64,000 bases of DNA from Catajapyx aquilonaris. Lineage: Eukaryota. Positions 1 through 11,665 of this stretch are shown piece by piece. How positions within the stretch are numbered: the first letter of the stretch is position 1; the number at the start of each line of letters is the position of its first letter. Location: positions 1 to 64,000 of the forward strand of contig JYFJ02001558.1 of assembly GCA_000934665.2 (NCBI GenBank), in the 5' to 3' direction. The notes under the pieces were generated by a model. It searched no databases. It worked only from the letters and a program-made list of their open reading frames with translations, and was not told where the DNA came from. The position numbers and the translations under genes are program-made.

Positions 1-1341
1 TTTAGTTAGTTTCAGTGGTTGAAGGGTGCAGGAGGACTGATGACACGAAGATCGAATGGAATTCATACGAACATGATAGAGTTATCGTATCTAAGACTTT
101 AATAATATTTTTGATTGTTGGCAACAACCATAATCGAGTCACTCAACTGTTGACGCCTAAGGAGGATACCGTGGAAACTGAATGAAATATAATAACAAGT
201 TGAATGAATGAAATGTTCATTTAATAATAATGTAATGAAAATAAGGTAAGGCATATATTTATTTAAGCAGTTAGCGTACTAGTACGTAATTCCGCATAAA
301 GTGTAGAGATGATATTTACACAAAATAATATTCTAAATAATGTGTGACTGTTGTCACACATGGATTCCAGTTGCACGCATTGCTGCTCATAATGAATTAT
401 TCACTTATAATTTTATTTCGGGGTTCTATTACGTCCTTGGGTTTTTTGTGTAGGGGATCGGGCACTGCAGCACGTCGGGCCGGATACGTGTTCAAAATAT
501 GAAGGCTGTACTTGCAACGGTTTTTGAGATATGCTTGACAGAAAAACGTCCTCTGAACAACAACAACAACAAGGAAAATTTTCATTGTTGTTTTTGCACG
601 AGGATCTTACTTATAGGGACTATCGTCCCTACAATGGAGAGAAGTTCATCTATATCCATCGCATCGGCCTGACGTGGATGCACTAAAAATAGGAAAACGT
701 CGTTGAACAGTGTACTAGAGTCAAATTTCCATTTCCTTGATTTCTCACGTGCATATGGTTTTTAATTATGACGTTGGCTATGTTCAAGGACTAGTCTACA
801 TGTAAAGTTATACAGGTCTTGGATCTGAGGCACTTCATTGTAGTTTCTGTTTTTAAATTTTTCTTCCTAAGGAGGAAAAATGATTTTAGAACGAAAATTA
901 ATACATATTAGTCTGAATCCACTTTGTACCGCACTACGCAGCTACACCTGGATATTAAAGTTTGCAATAATATTTTCTCTTTCACAGTGCACATCTGAAA
1001 AGTGACGGAATACTCTATCGAGGCTTCGAGGGGCTTCCTAAATGTGGGTTTCAAAAGTGCCCTTATTAACTTTCTATTTATGGTTATCATACCAGAGATT
1101 ATTGGTTGCCCAATGCCCAACACCCCTTAGAGCAAAAAATATTTTAGGTATCCACTAAAACAGAGGGTTTTAAAAGTGCTTACTGCATCATATATTGTTC
1201 ACACTATACAGGTGGGATTGCAATCGCGGATTGTTGATCAGAGTGACAAGTTTACTGCGACATGTCATTTATACGTCAAGTGTAACATTAATAATAATGA
1301 TGTAAACTATACACAGGCTAGCCTGCGCTGTAACCTTCCCA

Positions 1342-1411
1342 GTGAAGTGAAGTGAAGAACTGTAGAAGAAACTGTGAAGAACTGTGAAGAACTGTAGAAG
1401 AAACTGTGAAG
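1342..1411. repeat. Short tandem repeat of (GAACTGT(A)GAA)-like 10-12 bp units
   Basis: gtgaagtgaagtgaagaactgtagaagaaactgtgaagaactgtgaagaactgtagaagaaactgtgaag. Confidence 0.7.
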
Positions 1412-1524
1412 GTCATGTTAATGCGTCGTAATTTATGTATTGTTATTACCTTATACCCCTTTACTGTGCTTGATTACATACTGCCAGCTCTTGATACTGC
1501 TATAATTTATATAAAGGCAGAAAA

Positions 1525-2631
1525 TTACAATTTGTTAAAATCACTTAGAGGAATGTATAATTTGTTGTGGTCAATGCATTGCTTCTTAATGCGTTTAACC
1601 ACTACATGTAGCGTGTAATTTAATAAACATACCACTACTGGGAATCGACAGAGATACTTTGTTAAAAATTTTATCATCGTGAAATATACTTTTGCATACC
1701 ATGACACAACTTTGAGGGCTGATGACACTACACTATTAAAGTCACACGCCCAAAAGACAAAAAGTGCCACGCTATCAAAGTTAACAAGAATATTCATTAT
1801 AGCTGAATAGTCTTGGGTGCTTACTGCCATCATCCTCCACCCAAATTCACTTTCGGTAGAAAAATACCTCAACTGATCCTGAAACACCTGGCATGCTTCG
1901 TGGCAAAGTTTTCTGGTTTCAGACAAAGTGCCCGAAAATGGATTATATTTATCGTCCATTCCCATATGATAACACAGTACCTTCCACATGTACACATAGT
2001 CCTCGATTTCCTTTTCGGTTGCTCCGTGTACGCCCGCTTTCTCTGGATGCAAGACCACTGGGAAAACACAAGCAATAGCTCCCATGGCCCAGTCCTGCTG
2101 GCTTAAATACATTCTCCTTTCTGGCACCTTGAGTGGACATGTAGACGATAAAGTGCTGGTCCTAATACTTTCTGCCAGTCGACAATCCTTGAGGACCTCG
2201 GGCATCTTGGAGGTGTCGATTTTGGAAGAATCCACATCGGTCTTGTTCTTGTTGGCGATGAACCCCATCTCCAGATGCTTTTCCTGAATATACTTCATGC
2301 TCAGGTAGGCCTCTCCCGAGGGGTCCCACAAGTCACCATCCAGCCATGTCGAGTAGTGGATTGCAGTGCTGAAGATCAGGCGGCGAAGGGTGGTCAGGTT
2401 GTCGAATGTAACGAAGTACTTGAATATTTGGTTCAAAGGATTCCAAAGGAAGTAATTTCCGACGAACAAGAGGATAGAAAGCAGCACACCGAAATAGTGC
2501 TTTTGGGCGAATGCCTGACCTCTGCGGAACCGGTCTCTGTCCAGCCAAGATGGTGGTTTGTCCACGGAGTTCACTCGGACGTATGGAATGGGGTCGACCT
2601 CTAGGAGTTTTAGGAGCGTAGGTGCTGCCAT
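1525..2631 (-). CDS. Intronless ER-bound oxygenase mpaB/rubber oxygenase (Lcp)-like, DUF2236-type arthropod protein (~368 aa from Met at 2631; ORF is open to 2772)
   Basis: Long ORF with family-like motifs PSWLDRDRFRRGQAF, TAIHYSTWLDGD, SMKYIQEKH, LSQQDWA, HPEKAG, YVYMWKVLCYHMGMDDKYNP and a hydrophobic C-terminus. Start codon choice is inferred. Confidence 0.8.
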   Translation of the reverse strand: MAAPTLLKLLEVDPIPYVRVNSVDKPPSWLDRDRFRRGQAFAQKHYFGVLLSILLFVGNYFLWNPLNQIFKYFVTFDNLTTLRRLIFSTAIHYSTWLDGDLWDPSGEAYLSMKYIQEKHLEMGFIANKNKTDVDSSKIDTSKMPEVLKDCRLAESIRTSTLSSTCPLKVPERRMYLSQQDWAMGAIACVFPVVLHPEKAGVHGATEKEIEDYVYMWKVLCYHMGMDDKYNPFSGTLSETRKLCHEACQVFQDQLRYFSTESEFGWRMMAVSTQDYSAIMNILVNFDSVALFVFWACDFNSVVSSALKVVSWYAKVYFTMIKFLTKYLCRFPVVVCLLNYTLHVVVKRIKKQCIDHNKLYIPLSDFNKL

Positions 2632-3553
2632 GCTTATCGAGCGAGCCTTATATCCCAACTGAAAGTCTGGAAGACTTACGACATAAAAATGAGAGAAAGG
2701 AATCCTATAGTTATGCAACTTTTTTATTACGTTTACGAAATTTACAACAAAAAATCTGAAATCTGAATGCATGCACTATACGAGTATCCTCGTACAGTAT
2801 AGGCCTACAATTCCGCAAACAAGTTACGTGATTGACAGAGCTTGTAAAAAATTCTCGGGAAAATCACAATTCCACAAAAAAACTACACCTTCAGCAACAA
2901 AAACAACACTAATCTTAGTTGCCGTTGCACTATACCGGCTGAATAATAATTTGGATTATTTGGAGAAGCAAAGATCTGGGTAGTGGGGGGAGAGGAGAGT
3001 ATACTGTACTAACACTAAGTAGAATGATAAAATTAAAACTAAAATTGAAAAAAAAAATATGAAACTGATGGAGTAGGATAGTCTGGGAGGGTTTCATATT
3101 CAGAGGGATATTCTACATTATTATTTATTAACCATGGGAAATCATCAAAACTGAATGTTCGTTCCACGCCGCAACGCGACCAAGGTAGGCCTATACTGTA
3201 TAGAGCCCTTTGGTCTTTTAAAAGGGTCGGGAAATCACTGTATCTGATAATTGCGATGGAGTGACACTGCTGTCAGCACTTGAACAGTAATTTCCAGTAG
3301 GCCTACTAAGAAACCCCGGTGAACACTGTACGTACGTCCTTGCAGAAGTGCCAGACTTTTATCACACCGAAACCACAATCCGGTTGATATGCTATATGCA
3401 AAATGATATATGTTTGCCATGACCTGAATAAGAGGAAGGAAACTTACGTCAAACGAGTGGTGTAAACCATCTCATGCTCTTTTTGTCATGCGGTATTTTT
3501 CTGACTGATGTTCTTTTTCCCTGGGAAAAGAGTTGCCTTGGATTTTGTTGGAC

Positions 3554-4922
3554 ATGCGGAATTCGACTTTCTGTAATGGTGAGGTAAAGATTAATAGTGC
3601 CGTGTGTTATGTCACAGGATACCTCTCGTTGGTAAGTGCAAGGCCTTGATACTTTTTTTCAAAACACTCTTATGCAGTCTATGTGTTTTAATAATAATTC
3701 TCTTTTTTTGCAGTCCAAATCCATAGTTAGTGTCGTTCTTATATTGCTCAGCGTCGGCATAAGCGAAGATTTTACCCTAACAGTGTACATGTGTTACGTA
3801 ACAGGTAAGCTCTAGTATAAAATGTATTGAGAGTGCTAATACCTAATATGCTACTACTTTCTTCGAACTCACTCTTTACAGTATGACAATTACCAAAGTT
3901 TTATTTTGTGCGTAGCGATGAGCAAGTTTAATCCTCTTTAGGACTATAGGATCCGCCCCTACAGTGTATAAGACAGTAATTGTCTATTATGCCTATACAT
4001 TAGTGCATTTATCATATTCTTGGAAAAGCAGGCTGGTGTTATTAGTACTAACTTATATCTTTAGAGGAAAGTATTGCACTTATCACAAACATTTGTTTCA
4101 GTGGATACCAATTTGCTGACAGTACTCCTGATTCTGAGTTTTGCGGAAATGGTTTTTTCCCCTCTTCTCATCACAGGACTCAGTAAGGTACAGTATACAG
4201 CTGGTTGAAACTTTTCCGTGGTGTCAATGGTTCACTGGTTACTTATTTTGGGGCACTAAAATTCCAAAACTCAAAACCATTGGTCCCAAAAATGACAGCT
4301 TCATTTTGTGAATTAATCTCATATAACTGATCAGGAGGCTACGTGATACAGTTTCCTGATTTTGCTTACTGTGCATTAACTGCTAATTTGCCCATTTTTT
4401 CTCGAACAGAAACATCCGCAGTTTCTGCTTCCTTGGTGGCTGCTCTACGCAGCCTACGAAGGAATAGTCGTATTTCTCATGTACCAAACATGGCACGAGC
4501 CAACACGATCCTACCCATCTTTCGACCACACTTTATCTGCTGAAGAATATGACGCCAGGATTAGGTTCACCCTCATCCTGGTTACAATTTTCCTGGTGCA
4601 GCTATTCCTGATGGCGAATGTTATAGTTCGAGCCATATCCATGAAGAATGCATCCAGTAATGTCAGATCATCGTCAATAATTACGTCCCATCATCAACAG
4701 CAACAAAGGATAGTGCACCATGTCCCTCAGCAAAGGTCCAGTTCAATGAGGGATTCTCCTCCTTCATATGAAGAGTGCGTCGTAGTAAATACTTTCTCCT
4801 CTGCACAATGCCCTGGAAGCATTTCGATCACTAGAGGAAGACTGCGCAGCCAGGGAACGGTTGCAGAAACGCCTCCTCCTTCATACAACAACTGTTCCTT
4901 CGCATTTACCAAATCATCTTGA
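3554..4922 (+). CDS. LAPTM/DUF4728-like four-TM membrane protein with two C-terminal PPSY motifs; exons 3554-3631, 3714-3804, 4102-4187, 4410-4922
   Basis: GT-AG junctions with consistent phases (0,1,0) give MRNSTFCNGEVKINSAVCYVTGYLSL|SKSIVSVVLILLSVG...|VDTNLLTVLLILSFAEMVFSPLLITGLSK|KHPQFLLPWWLLY...PPSYEE...PPPSY. The G-x-x-K..FLLPW signature is typical of the family. AATAAA at 5004. Confidence 0.8.
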
Positions 4923-5589
4923 ACTACAGTAATTTCGATCTCATTTATGTAGGCTAATAGTCCCAGTTAAATGTGAACTTCCATGGATATAAAATCGTGC
5001 TGTAATAAAAACACTCCTCGGCCGTGCTGATACGAAAGTGTTCGAGTTGATATGGATTTTATCCTGACTAATGAGAGCTACCCACGCGACATAATTGTTC
5101 ACATTGCAGTCTAATTTACATGATGACACAAATACAATACGGTACCGTATTTATCCTAAGTACAGTATCCTAAGTAAGCAAAGCTACCAGTACTATAGCT
5201 ACAGAATTTCGGGATGGACCTAGGGAATTGTCATTTGAAAGTAAATTGGTAGAGAGGTTTACCACTGTTATACAGTGCTAAGCTGATAGCCACAACTGCT
5301 ACCTTAGTCGCTGCGACTTTACGCTAGCAGCTTTTGTTAATAGTGGCGGATGCGACGCGATAATCGGCCCGTCGCATCTTCCGTCCGCCATTACGGAAAA
5401 GAGTGTCTGGACAGGAGTGGGCAAGGCAAGGCGAGGCAGAAAGACAGGCCAGAAAAGAGGACAAGACTTGGTATGCCCTGTTGATACGTGATAGACCAGG
5501 GGACTGCGGACAGGAGGTTGTCATCTATTGTGGTTTGGTGTGCACTCGGGTGGCCACGTCGAGTGGGAGACAGAGAGAGGGCAGAGGTC

Positions 5590-7864
5590 ATGGCGTCGCT
5601 GCCGGTGGAGCAGCAGCAGGGGCAGCAGATATGCCTCAAGTGGAACAGCTTCCACTCCTCGCTGGTGCACAGCTTCGAGTCTCTCTGGGAGGAGGAAGGC
5701 CTGGTCGACGTCACCCTCTCCTCAGACGGGCAGACCATCAAGGCGCACAAGGTTGTGCTCTCCGCATGCAGCCCGTACTTCAGGTCACTCTTCCAGGTAT
5801 AAAACACACACACACACACACACATATAGAAGGAGGGATAGACTGGGTGGAGGTGGCATGAGGCCCATTTCGTATGAGGCTGTTGTTAGCAAAATAAGCG
5901 TGGCTTCCCCCAGTCAGAGTTTAGATTGGCCTTCTGGGTTATTACGTTACATCTGTATGTGCCAACGAATGACTTACAGGACAGCTTTCACCTGGTGCAA
6001 ACACCTGCCAACCGACAAGCGACTGACATGGCTGCAGATTATTAGTCTTGGTGACTATTGAACTAATTATTATGGAAAGCTAGGGTGGCATGCACCACTT
6101 TTATTTTGCTAGCAATGTTCCTATATAATCATGCTTTTATACAGTATAGTCATTCATTGAGGTTGGTGAGGTTATGCTTTGCTCATTCGAGAAACTACAT
6201 TCTTTGATCCTTTGTCTTATGGTGAATGGGCCTGCAGAAGCAGACATTGTTAACAATTGCCCATGTTGTTCCTCAGTGCTGAAAGTAAAGATGTTCACAT
6301 ATATAAAGAGCTGCTTGTAATTGCAACAGTCCGGAGAGACGTGGTGGTCGAGATAGTAACAGCTTGGCTTGCTGTGTGAAAGGTCCCAGGTTCGATCCCC
6401 GCCAGGGAGATCCCTTTCACCTGCGCCAGGAGGGTCTCTGACCTGCGCTGTGGAGGCGTCTGGCAACCTAACACCACCAAACACCCCCCTCCCCCCCATT
6501 ATAAGTCATGCACCTGCCAGGAGTGCGGGGGAAAATCAACAGGTCTGGGGAAACATGGTATCTTTTAAAAATAATTTGAGTTTGTACACTTTCTTCACTT
6601 TGGTCTTAAGAATGCTAATTCAATTAGTAACCATAATTGTAAATAATTGATGAGGCAAAGGAGTGACTGTATATTACTGTGTTACAGAACAACCCCTGCC
6701 AACACCCTGTAATAATCTTACAAGGAGTACGCTACTCTGAGCTGGAGTCTCTGATGTGCTTTGTCTACAAGGGAGAGGTCAACATAAGCCAGGACAATCT
6801 GCCTGAGTTGCTCAGGGCTGCAGACACGCTTCATATCCGGGGACTCTCAGGTGCCTCAGAGCAAGTCAAGGAAAAAGTGAGTAGTGCTGAGGAGTTTGCA
6901 AGTAACTGGTGCACATCAAATTGTAATCTGGATGTGATTTGACATTGGTAGTTGGTCATTCCCCAACAGCGATAAAAAACTAGCCATTCATGTGGCAAAA
7001 TATGTCAAGAAGTTTAGCACCTTTAAATGAACTGTAGATCATAGAAGGGTATTGGCACCTTTTTATTTTTGAGAAGAGAAATCTGACATGCAAATTGGAG
7101 GAGCAACGTGGAACAAAAATTTTTGCTGTCATCATTCATGGGCCATGAGAAATATGATAGGTCAAATTTGACCACTGATTTAAATTTTTGTATGTGCCAT
7201 ATGGCATGAGATATTGTATATAATTTGCTATTTTTTAAGAGAAACAATGGCAAGTATGTTAACTGTGAGGGACATGTAGAATAATTTATCAATATAAAAA
7301 TTTAGTAAGAAAACCTTAGGCCCCTGTACTGCGTATTTTGACTTGAGGGCAACAATTAATTTGCGCAGGCGCCATAAGCTTCAATGTTGGTCCTGGAAAC
7401 CGCAGTGTGCCTTGATGTCACAGTTAGTTTGTTAGCTTCCATTAGATGACTAGCAATGTCGACAAATGAGACGGTCAGGATACGGTATGAAGTGGAGAGA
7501 AGTCAAGGTAATTGAAAATGGCACGAAATTTGAATTTGCTGAAGCAGCAATTGTTTCTGGAGCTGATTAGATATAGGTGCAGATATTAATATCCACTTAC
7601 ATTTGTAAAACTGCAAGAGTAGCTCTCTACTCACCATTTGCGGCCATTATAATTTTGCCAGCACAATTTCATCGCAATTTTTAGGCGGCACAGGGACAAT
7701 ATTGCTTGAGGTTTGAGTCCTAAGTCATTGTGCGTATTTTTATTTAAAAATGTACAGATTTGGCCATTATTACGTTTTCAAGGTCTGGTGATTACAATTT
7801 GGAGTGGAATATAGATGGTCCCGAGATCTCAAGGGGAGCCGGTAAATGAAAGGGGATCGTGGAC

Positions 7865-7905
<41 letters not shown>

Positions 7906-10900
7906 NGCCCCCACCCCGAGCTGCATGCAACGGTGGAATGGTGGGGGTTATAATCGCCTTTAGTTTTCTGGCCCCCCTTGCGATATGGATGGCATCTCTA
8001 TAACAGATAAAATTGTAATCGCCGGACCTTCAAGACTTAGCAAAGGTCATCTCTGTATGTGTTACGGTTTTTGAATAAAAAAATACTCGCCATAACTTCT
8101 GACTCAGCCCATGTAACTTCCAAGTCATTGGGTCGGAGATGACCAAAACATAATAAAAACCATCCTTACGTCACCTGTGATGAGAAAAAGGTGTTAGAAT
8201 TTTTTTCTTCCCAAAATCCTAAAAGTGTGCAATACAGCTGGGTTAGTATAGGCAGGATTCAGAGCTGATGAAGGTCTGATTGAGGCACTATGTTGAGGGG
8301 TGGATATTGTGACGATACTCTAATTTGCTACTGTGGAATCTGAACTCCTTGTTTTGCAGTCCTCAATGCCATTTTCAAAAGGTCCATTACACTCAGAAAT
8401 CAAGAACTGTGTTTCACTAGTTCATTATTGTGAGGCTTGCATTTTTTTCTCAGTGGAAGTGTGCCTTCAGTGAGTTAAAAGAGAGTTACAATGCATTTAT
8501 AGCATTTATATTGTTTTCAGATGGGTGGTAAGCATCCACATAGCTCTCGAACGAGTGACTCTCCTTTGCCCAAGCGTGCTCGCTCTTCTCATTTTACCCC
8601 CAACCCCCACCCTGCCCATCAGCCACAGCCTTCCCATCTATCCCACCCTCCCCATTCTTACCCATCTCCTTCTACCAGTTTTCCAAAATCACCCCAAGAA
8701 AACAAGTCATCAGGGAATCCATCCCAGGAAGTGAAGAATGAGCCTGAAGAGGAGTTTGATTGCTACGAAGAGAGTGAGTCAGGAGATGGTAAAGGAAGAG
8801 AAGAGAGAAGGGAAGAGGAAGATGATGACGACGATGAGATGCATGTGGTGGATGAAAGTGATGGAGCAGCCGTGTCTGGTCTGGGCCTGGAAGGGTTCAG
8901 GAGGGGTGCCTTTGATGGGAGGGTAGCACATGGGAGATTGTCGCCATCTGATCCACATCCCAAAGGTACAGGGTGCACTTGAAGTGCTTGCTTAGTCATA
9001 CTCTAAGACACAGTCTATCATTTCAAAGATGAGGTCACCTCAATTGGAAGCAAGCTTGTGTGAATACTTTTTCCATATTAAAAGTCACGCAATATACACA
9101 GGGTGTAAATCCTAGGCATGTCACCAGAAAAGGTGGTGGTAGAGGGCGCAGGTGTTAGCATTTTTGTATAAGGAACTAGTGGTCCACCTGCCAAGCCCCC
9201 CTCACCCATTCCGCTGTGTGCCACACGCCTCTTGCACACTGCCTGCCGCAAACTTGAAAGGGGCGTAACTCGGTGAGGGTGCGTTTCAGACTTCTAGTTC
9301 CTTATGCAAAAATGCTCACACCTGCGCCCTCTACCGCCAATGAAAGCCTGATTCAAGCATTATGACAGGATAATGCTGAATCTCTATGTAAATTATTCAC
9401 CAATGATATGGTGGCAAATGCATTTGAATTGGGTAGTTTATTGGATATCGTTATTGAAAACAATGGATTTGGCTGTGCCTAAGTGGCAGGAAATGTGGGC
9501 TCAGAGTGAGAAGGCAGTAGATGCCACATTTTCCTGCCCCTTGTGATAAATCCATTGTCAGTTCTGACAATGATATCTGATAAACAACAAATGCGTCTTG
9601 TATCAATCACATTTTTACATGCTTTCCTGTACTGGTAACAAGCCAAGTAATATTAGTGTATCCGGAAAGTAAGGTCTGTTATTTATTTTAAAAACCACAA
9701 TGCGCCCCCAAAAATTTTATTTACACATCTGAAATAGACAACTGTCTACTTTTTTTTTTTAAATAGTTTCCAAACAAATCGAGCCATTTTTCATTGAGTT
9801 ACCAAGATTTGTGGGCCTATGTCATAGAGCAGGGCTATTCAACTGGCGGACCGCGGTCCGGATCCGGACCTTCAATGGCCCAGGAAAGGTAAATACTGGA
9901 CCTTGTCATAAACTAGTTGAATACCCCTGACATAGAGTCTGCCCAAGCCATTTCCGCGATCCCTGAATGCTGGATTGCAACTCCTCGTCATCGTCAAGCT
10001 TCTGCTAGGCAAGCCATTTCTCCCTGCCCATGGACAGGTGGTAATCACTAGGCTCTAAATCCCGGGTGATCAAACAATTCTCACTTGAATTGTCGCAACA
10101 GGGTTCCAGTAAGCAAGCACAAGCAGTAGGCAGGCGGGCATTGTCGCACAAGAAAAACACCAGGAACTCAACATGCTGCTACACAATAATTCAAGTGTGA
10201 ATTGTTCGATCACCCGGGATTTAGAGCCTAGCGATTACCACCTGTCCAAGGAAAGGAAAAAATTGCTTGCAAAGCAGAAGGTTGACGATGACGAGGAGAT
10301 GCAATCCAGCATTCAGGGATAGCGGAAATGGCTGACGGCAGACCTCATGACATAGGCCCACAAGATCTTGTCTAACTCAATGAAAAATGCCTCGATTTGT
10401 TTGGAAACTATTTTGAAAAAAAAAGTAGGTAGTTGTCGATTTCAGATGTGTAAATAAAAATTTCGGGGGCGCATCGTGGTTTTAAAAATAAATAACGGAC
10501 CTTACTTTTCAGATACGCTAATATTTACACCAAGAAATTGGGAGTGAAAACAGCCTTGGGGTTCAATTGTGAGTCATCAAGAAAATCACATTGAGCCTAC
10601 TGTGTGAGACATTGGTAGTGAGGAGTGATATGCTCCAGTACACAGTTCAAGGCAGCTGTTTCCTCATTCATTTCATTTTTCAGATTTTGTAATAGTTTTT
10701 GTCGGGAAGGCGAAGTGGCGCTCTGGTAGCGCATGCGCCCACGGATGGAAGGGTCCCGGGTTCGATACCAAGCCCGGGCATTCCCCCCTTTCATCTCGTG
10801 CGGAATTCTGTGGCATCTCCGGCTTCGGCTAGGGTGGGATTTCCGATAGACGAACCACCCGGGGGAGCTCCAAAATGTCTACAGCAAATGACATTGCACT

Positions 10901-11032
10901 TGCACATTGCACATCCCCTCCCAGTCACCCTGCCCTTCGATCAAGGGCCAATTGTACATTGTCAAATTCATGTACCCATGTGACAAATAAAGGTCCGTGC
11001 TCAGACCTCTAAGGCACTATACCCAAATTATT

Positions 11033-11090
<58 letters not shown>

Positions 11091-11386
11091 GTTTTTGTCC
11101 TCTAACATTGCCTTTATGGGAATTAATCTTGCCTGCATTGTCTTAACTTCTATTGCCAGCCTTGGAAATTATTACGGTGTAACTACAAGGTTTGATGCAG
11201 GCTTGTGTTATTTTAGCATGACTGTGAAGAGGACCTAGATTGGTTAACTTGTGTGACATTTTTAGATATTTTTAAAATTTGCTGCATATCAGCATGAAGT
11301 ATCTATTACTAATCTCAGCCGTATATTTGCAGTGAAATTTGATGGCAGCCTGTTACATGGAGAAGGAAACCTGGACAGCAGTAGTG
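5590..11386 (+). CDS. Tramtrack-type BTB/POZ transcription factor (lola/mod(mdg4)/br-like architecture), common coding exons 5590-5796, 6688-6876, 8521-8965, 11333-11386
   Basis: QQICLKWNSF...VDVTLSSDGQTIKAHKVVLSACSPYFRSLFQ|NNPCQHPVIIL...FVYKGEVNISQDNLPELLRAADTLHIRGL is a TTK-type BTB domain. It is followed by a low-complexity linker with VKNEPEE and a 54-nt phase-1 exon (VKFDGSLLHGEGNLDSSS) with cag/gtgagt boundaries. Confidence 0.9.
6332..6550 (+). mobile_element. Diverged tRNA-derived SINE in BTB intron 1 (boundaries approximate)
   Basis: A-box-like TGGTCGAGATAG and B-box GGTTCGATCCC at tRNA spacing, followed by a non-tRNA GC-rich body. Confidence 0.55.
7710..8110. mobile_element. Diverged fold-back/MITE with a central poly-C tract
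   Basis: aaggtctggtgattacaatt (~7780) pairs with aattgtaatcgccggacctt (~8011). Further degenerate pairing extends outward. The ~45-nt C run at the centre contains an N. Confidence 0.55.
9095..9338. mobile_element. Tc1/mariner-type MITE, right terminus eroded
   Basis: TACACAGGGTG left end; ~45-bp arms at 9135-9179 and 9294-9338 are near-perfect inverted copies. Confidence 0.6.
9649..10525. mobile_element. Palindromic non-autonomous mariner derivative made of two inverted transposase 3' ends
   Basis: ~340-bp inverted arms (excluding the nested insertion). The right arm translates to degenerate DLEPSDYHL...DDDEEMQ...EKCLDLFGNYFEK, the mariner C-terminus. Confidence 0.85.
9830..9929. mobile_element. 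100-bp hAT (Buster-type) MITE nested in the mariner palindrome
   Basis: TIRs CAGGGCTATTCAACT / AGTTGAATACCCCTG; 8-bp TSD tcatagag/acatagag with central TA; absent from the opposite arm. Confidence 0.85.
10704..11085 (+). mobile_element. Full-length tRNA-derived SINE with (AAT)n tail
   Basis: A-box TGGCGCTCTGG, B-box GGTTCGATACC, long (AAT)n tail, and a perfect 14-bp TSD taatagtttttgtc (10690-10703 / 11086-11099). Confidence 0.9.
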
Positions 11387-11665
11387 GTGAGTTATTTCAT
11401 AAACCTAGTTTATTAATGTGTCACGATCAGTCACTTTATTTAATTTTTTTATTTTGCATTGTGTGTTGGTCACTTTGAGCATGGAAATGGTACAGTCCCT
11501 TCTTCAATGCTATGCTCTGGAAAAGAGTTTGAGCATTGAGGAAGTAATTTTTATGTGTCGAGATAGAAGAGGACTTGATGTTGGGACGGAAGACAGCTTA
11601 GGACATTTTCTTTTCTCACTCTCCACCACCTCTCTCTCCTTTTCCTGCCCTATCCTTGATTTCAG

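Noticed and set aside
1..180. CTGATGA motifs suggesting hammerhead ribozymes (also ~31478)
   Set aside because: No closed stem II followed by GAAA; the catalytic core cannot be completed
1342..1411. Repeat array resembling CRISPR
   Set aside because: Eukaryotic locus; short tandem units without unique spacers or cas genes
3579..3617. Apparent 39-nt GT-AG intron in exon 1 of the tetraspan gene
   Set aside because: Too short, and reads through in frame (GEVKINSAVCYVTG), so treated as coding
6341..6410. tRNA-like sequence (also 10704-10780)
   Set aside because: No proper acceptor or anticodon stems or T-run terminator; continues into SINE bodies
7866..7915. Poly-C run giving a poly-Pro ORF
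   Set aside because: Homopolymer containing an N, within a fold-back element; length is unreliable and it is not coding
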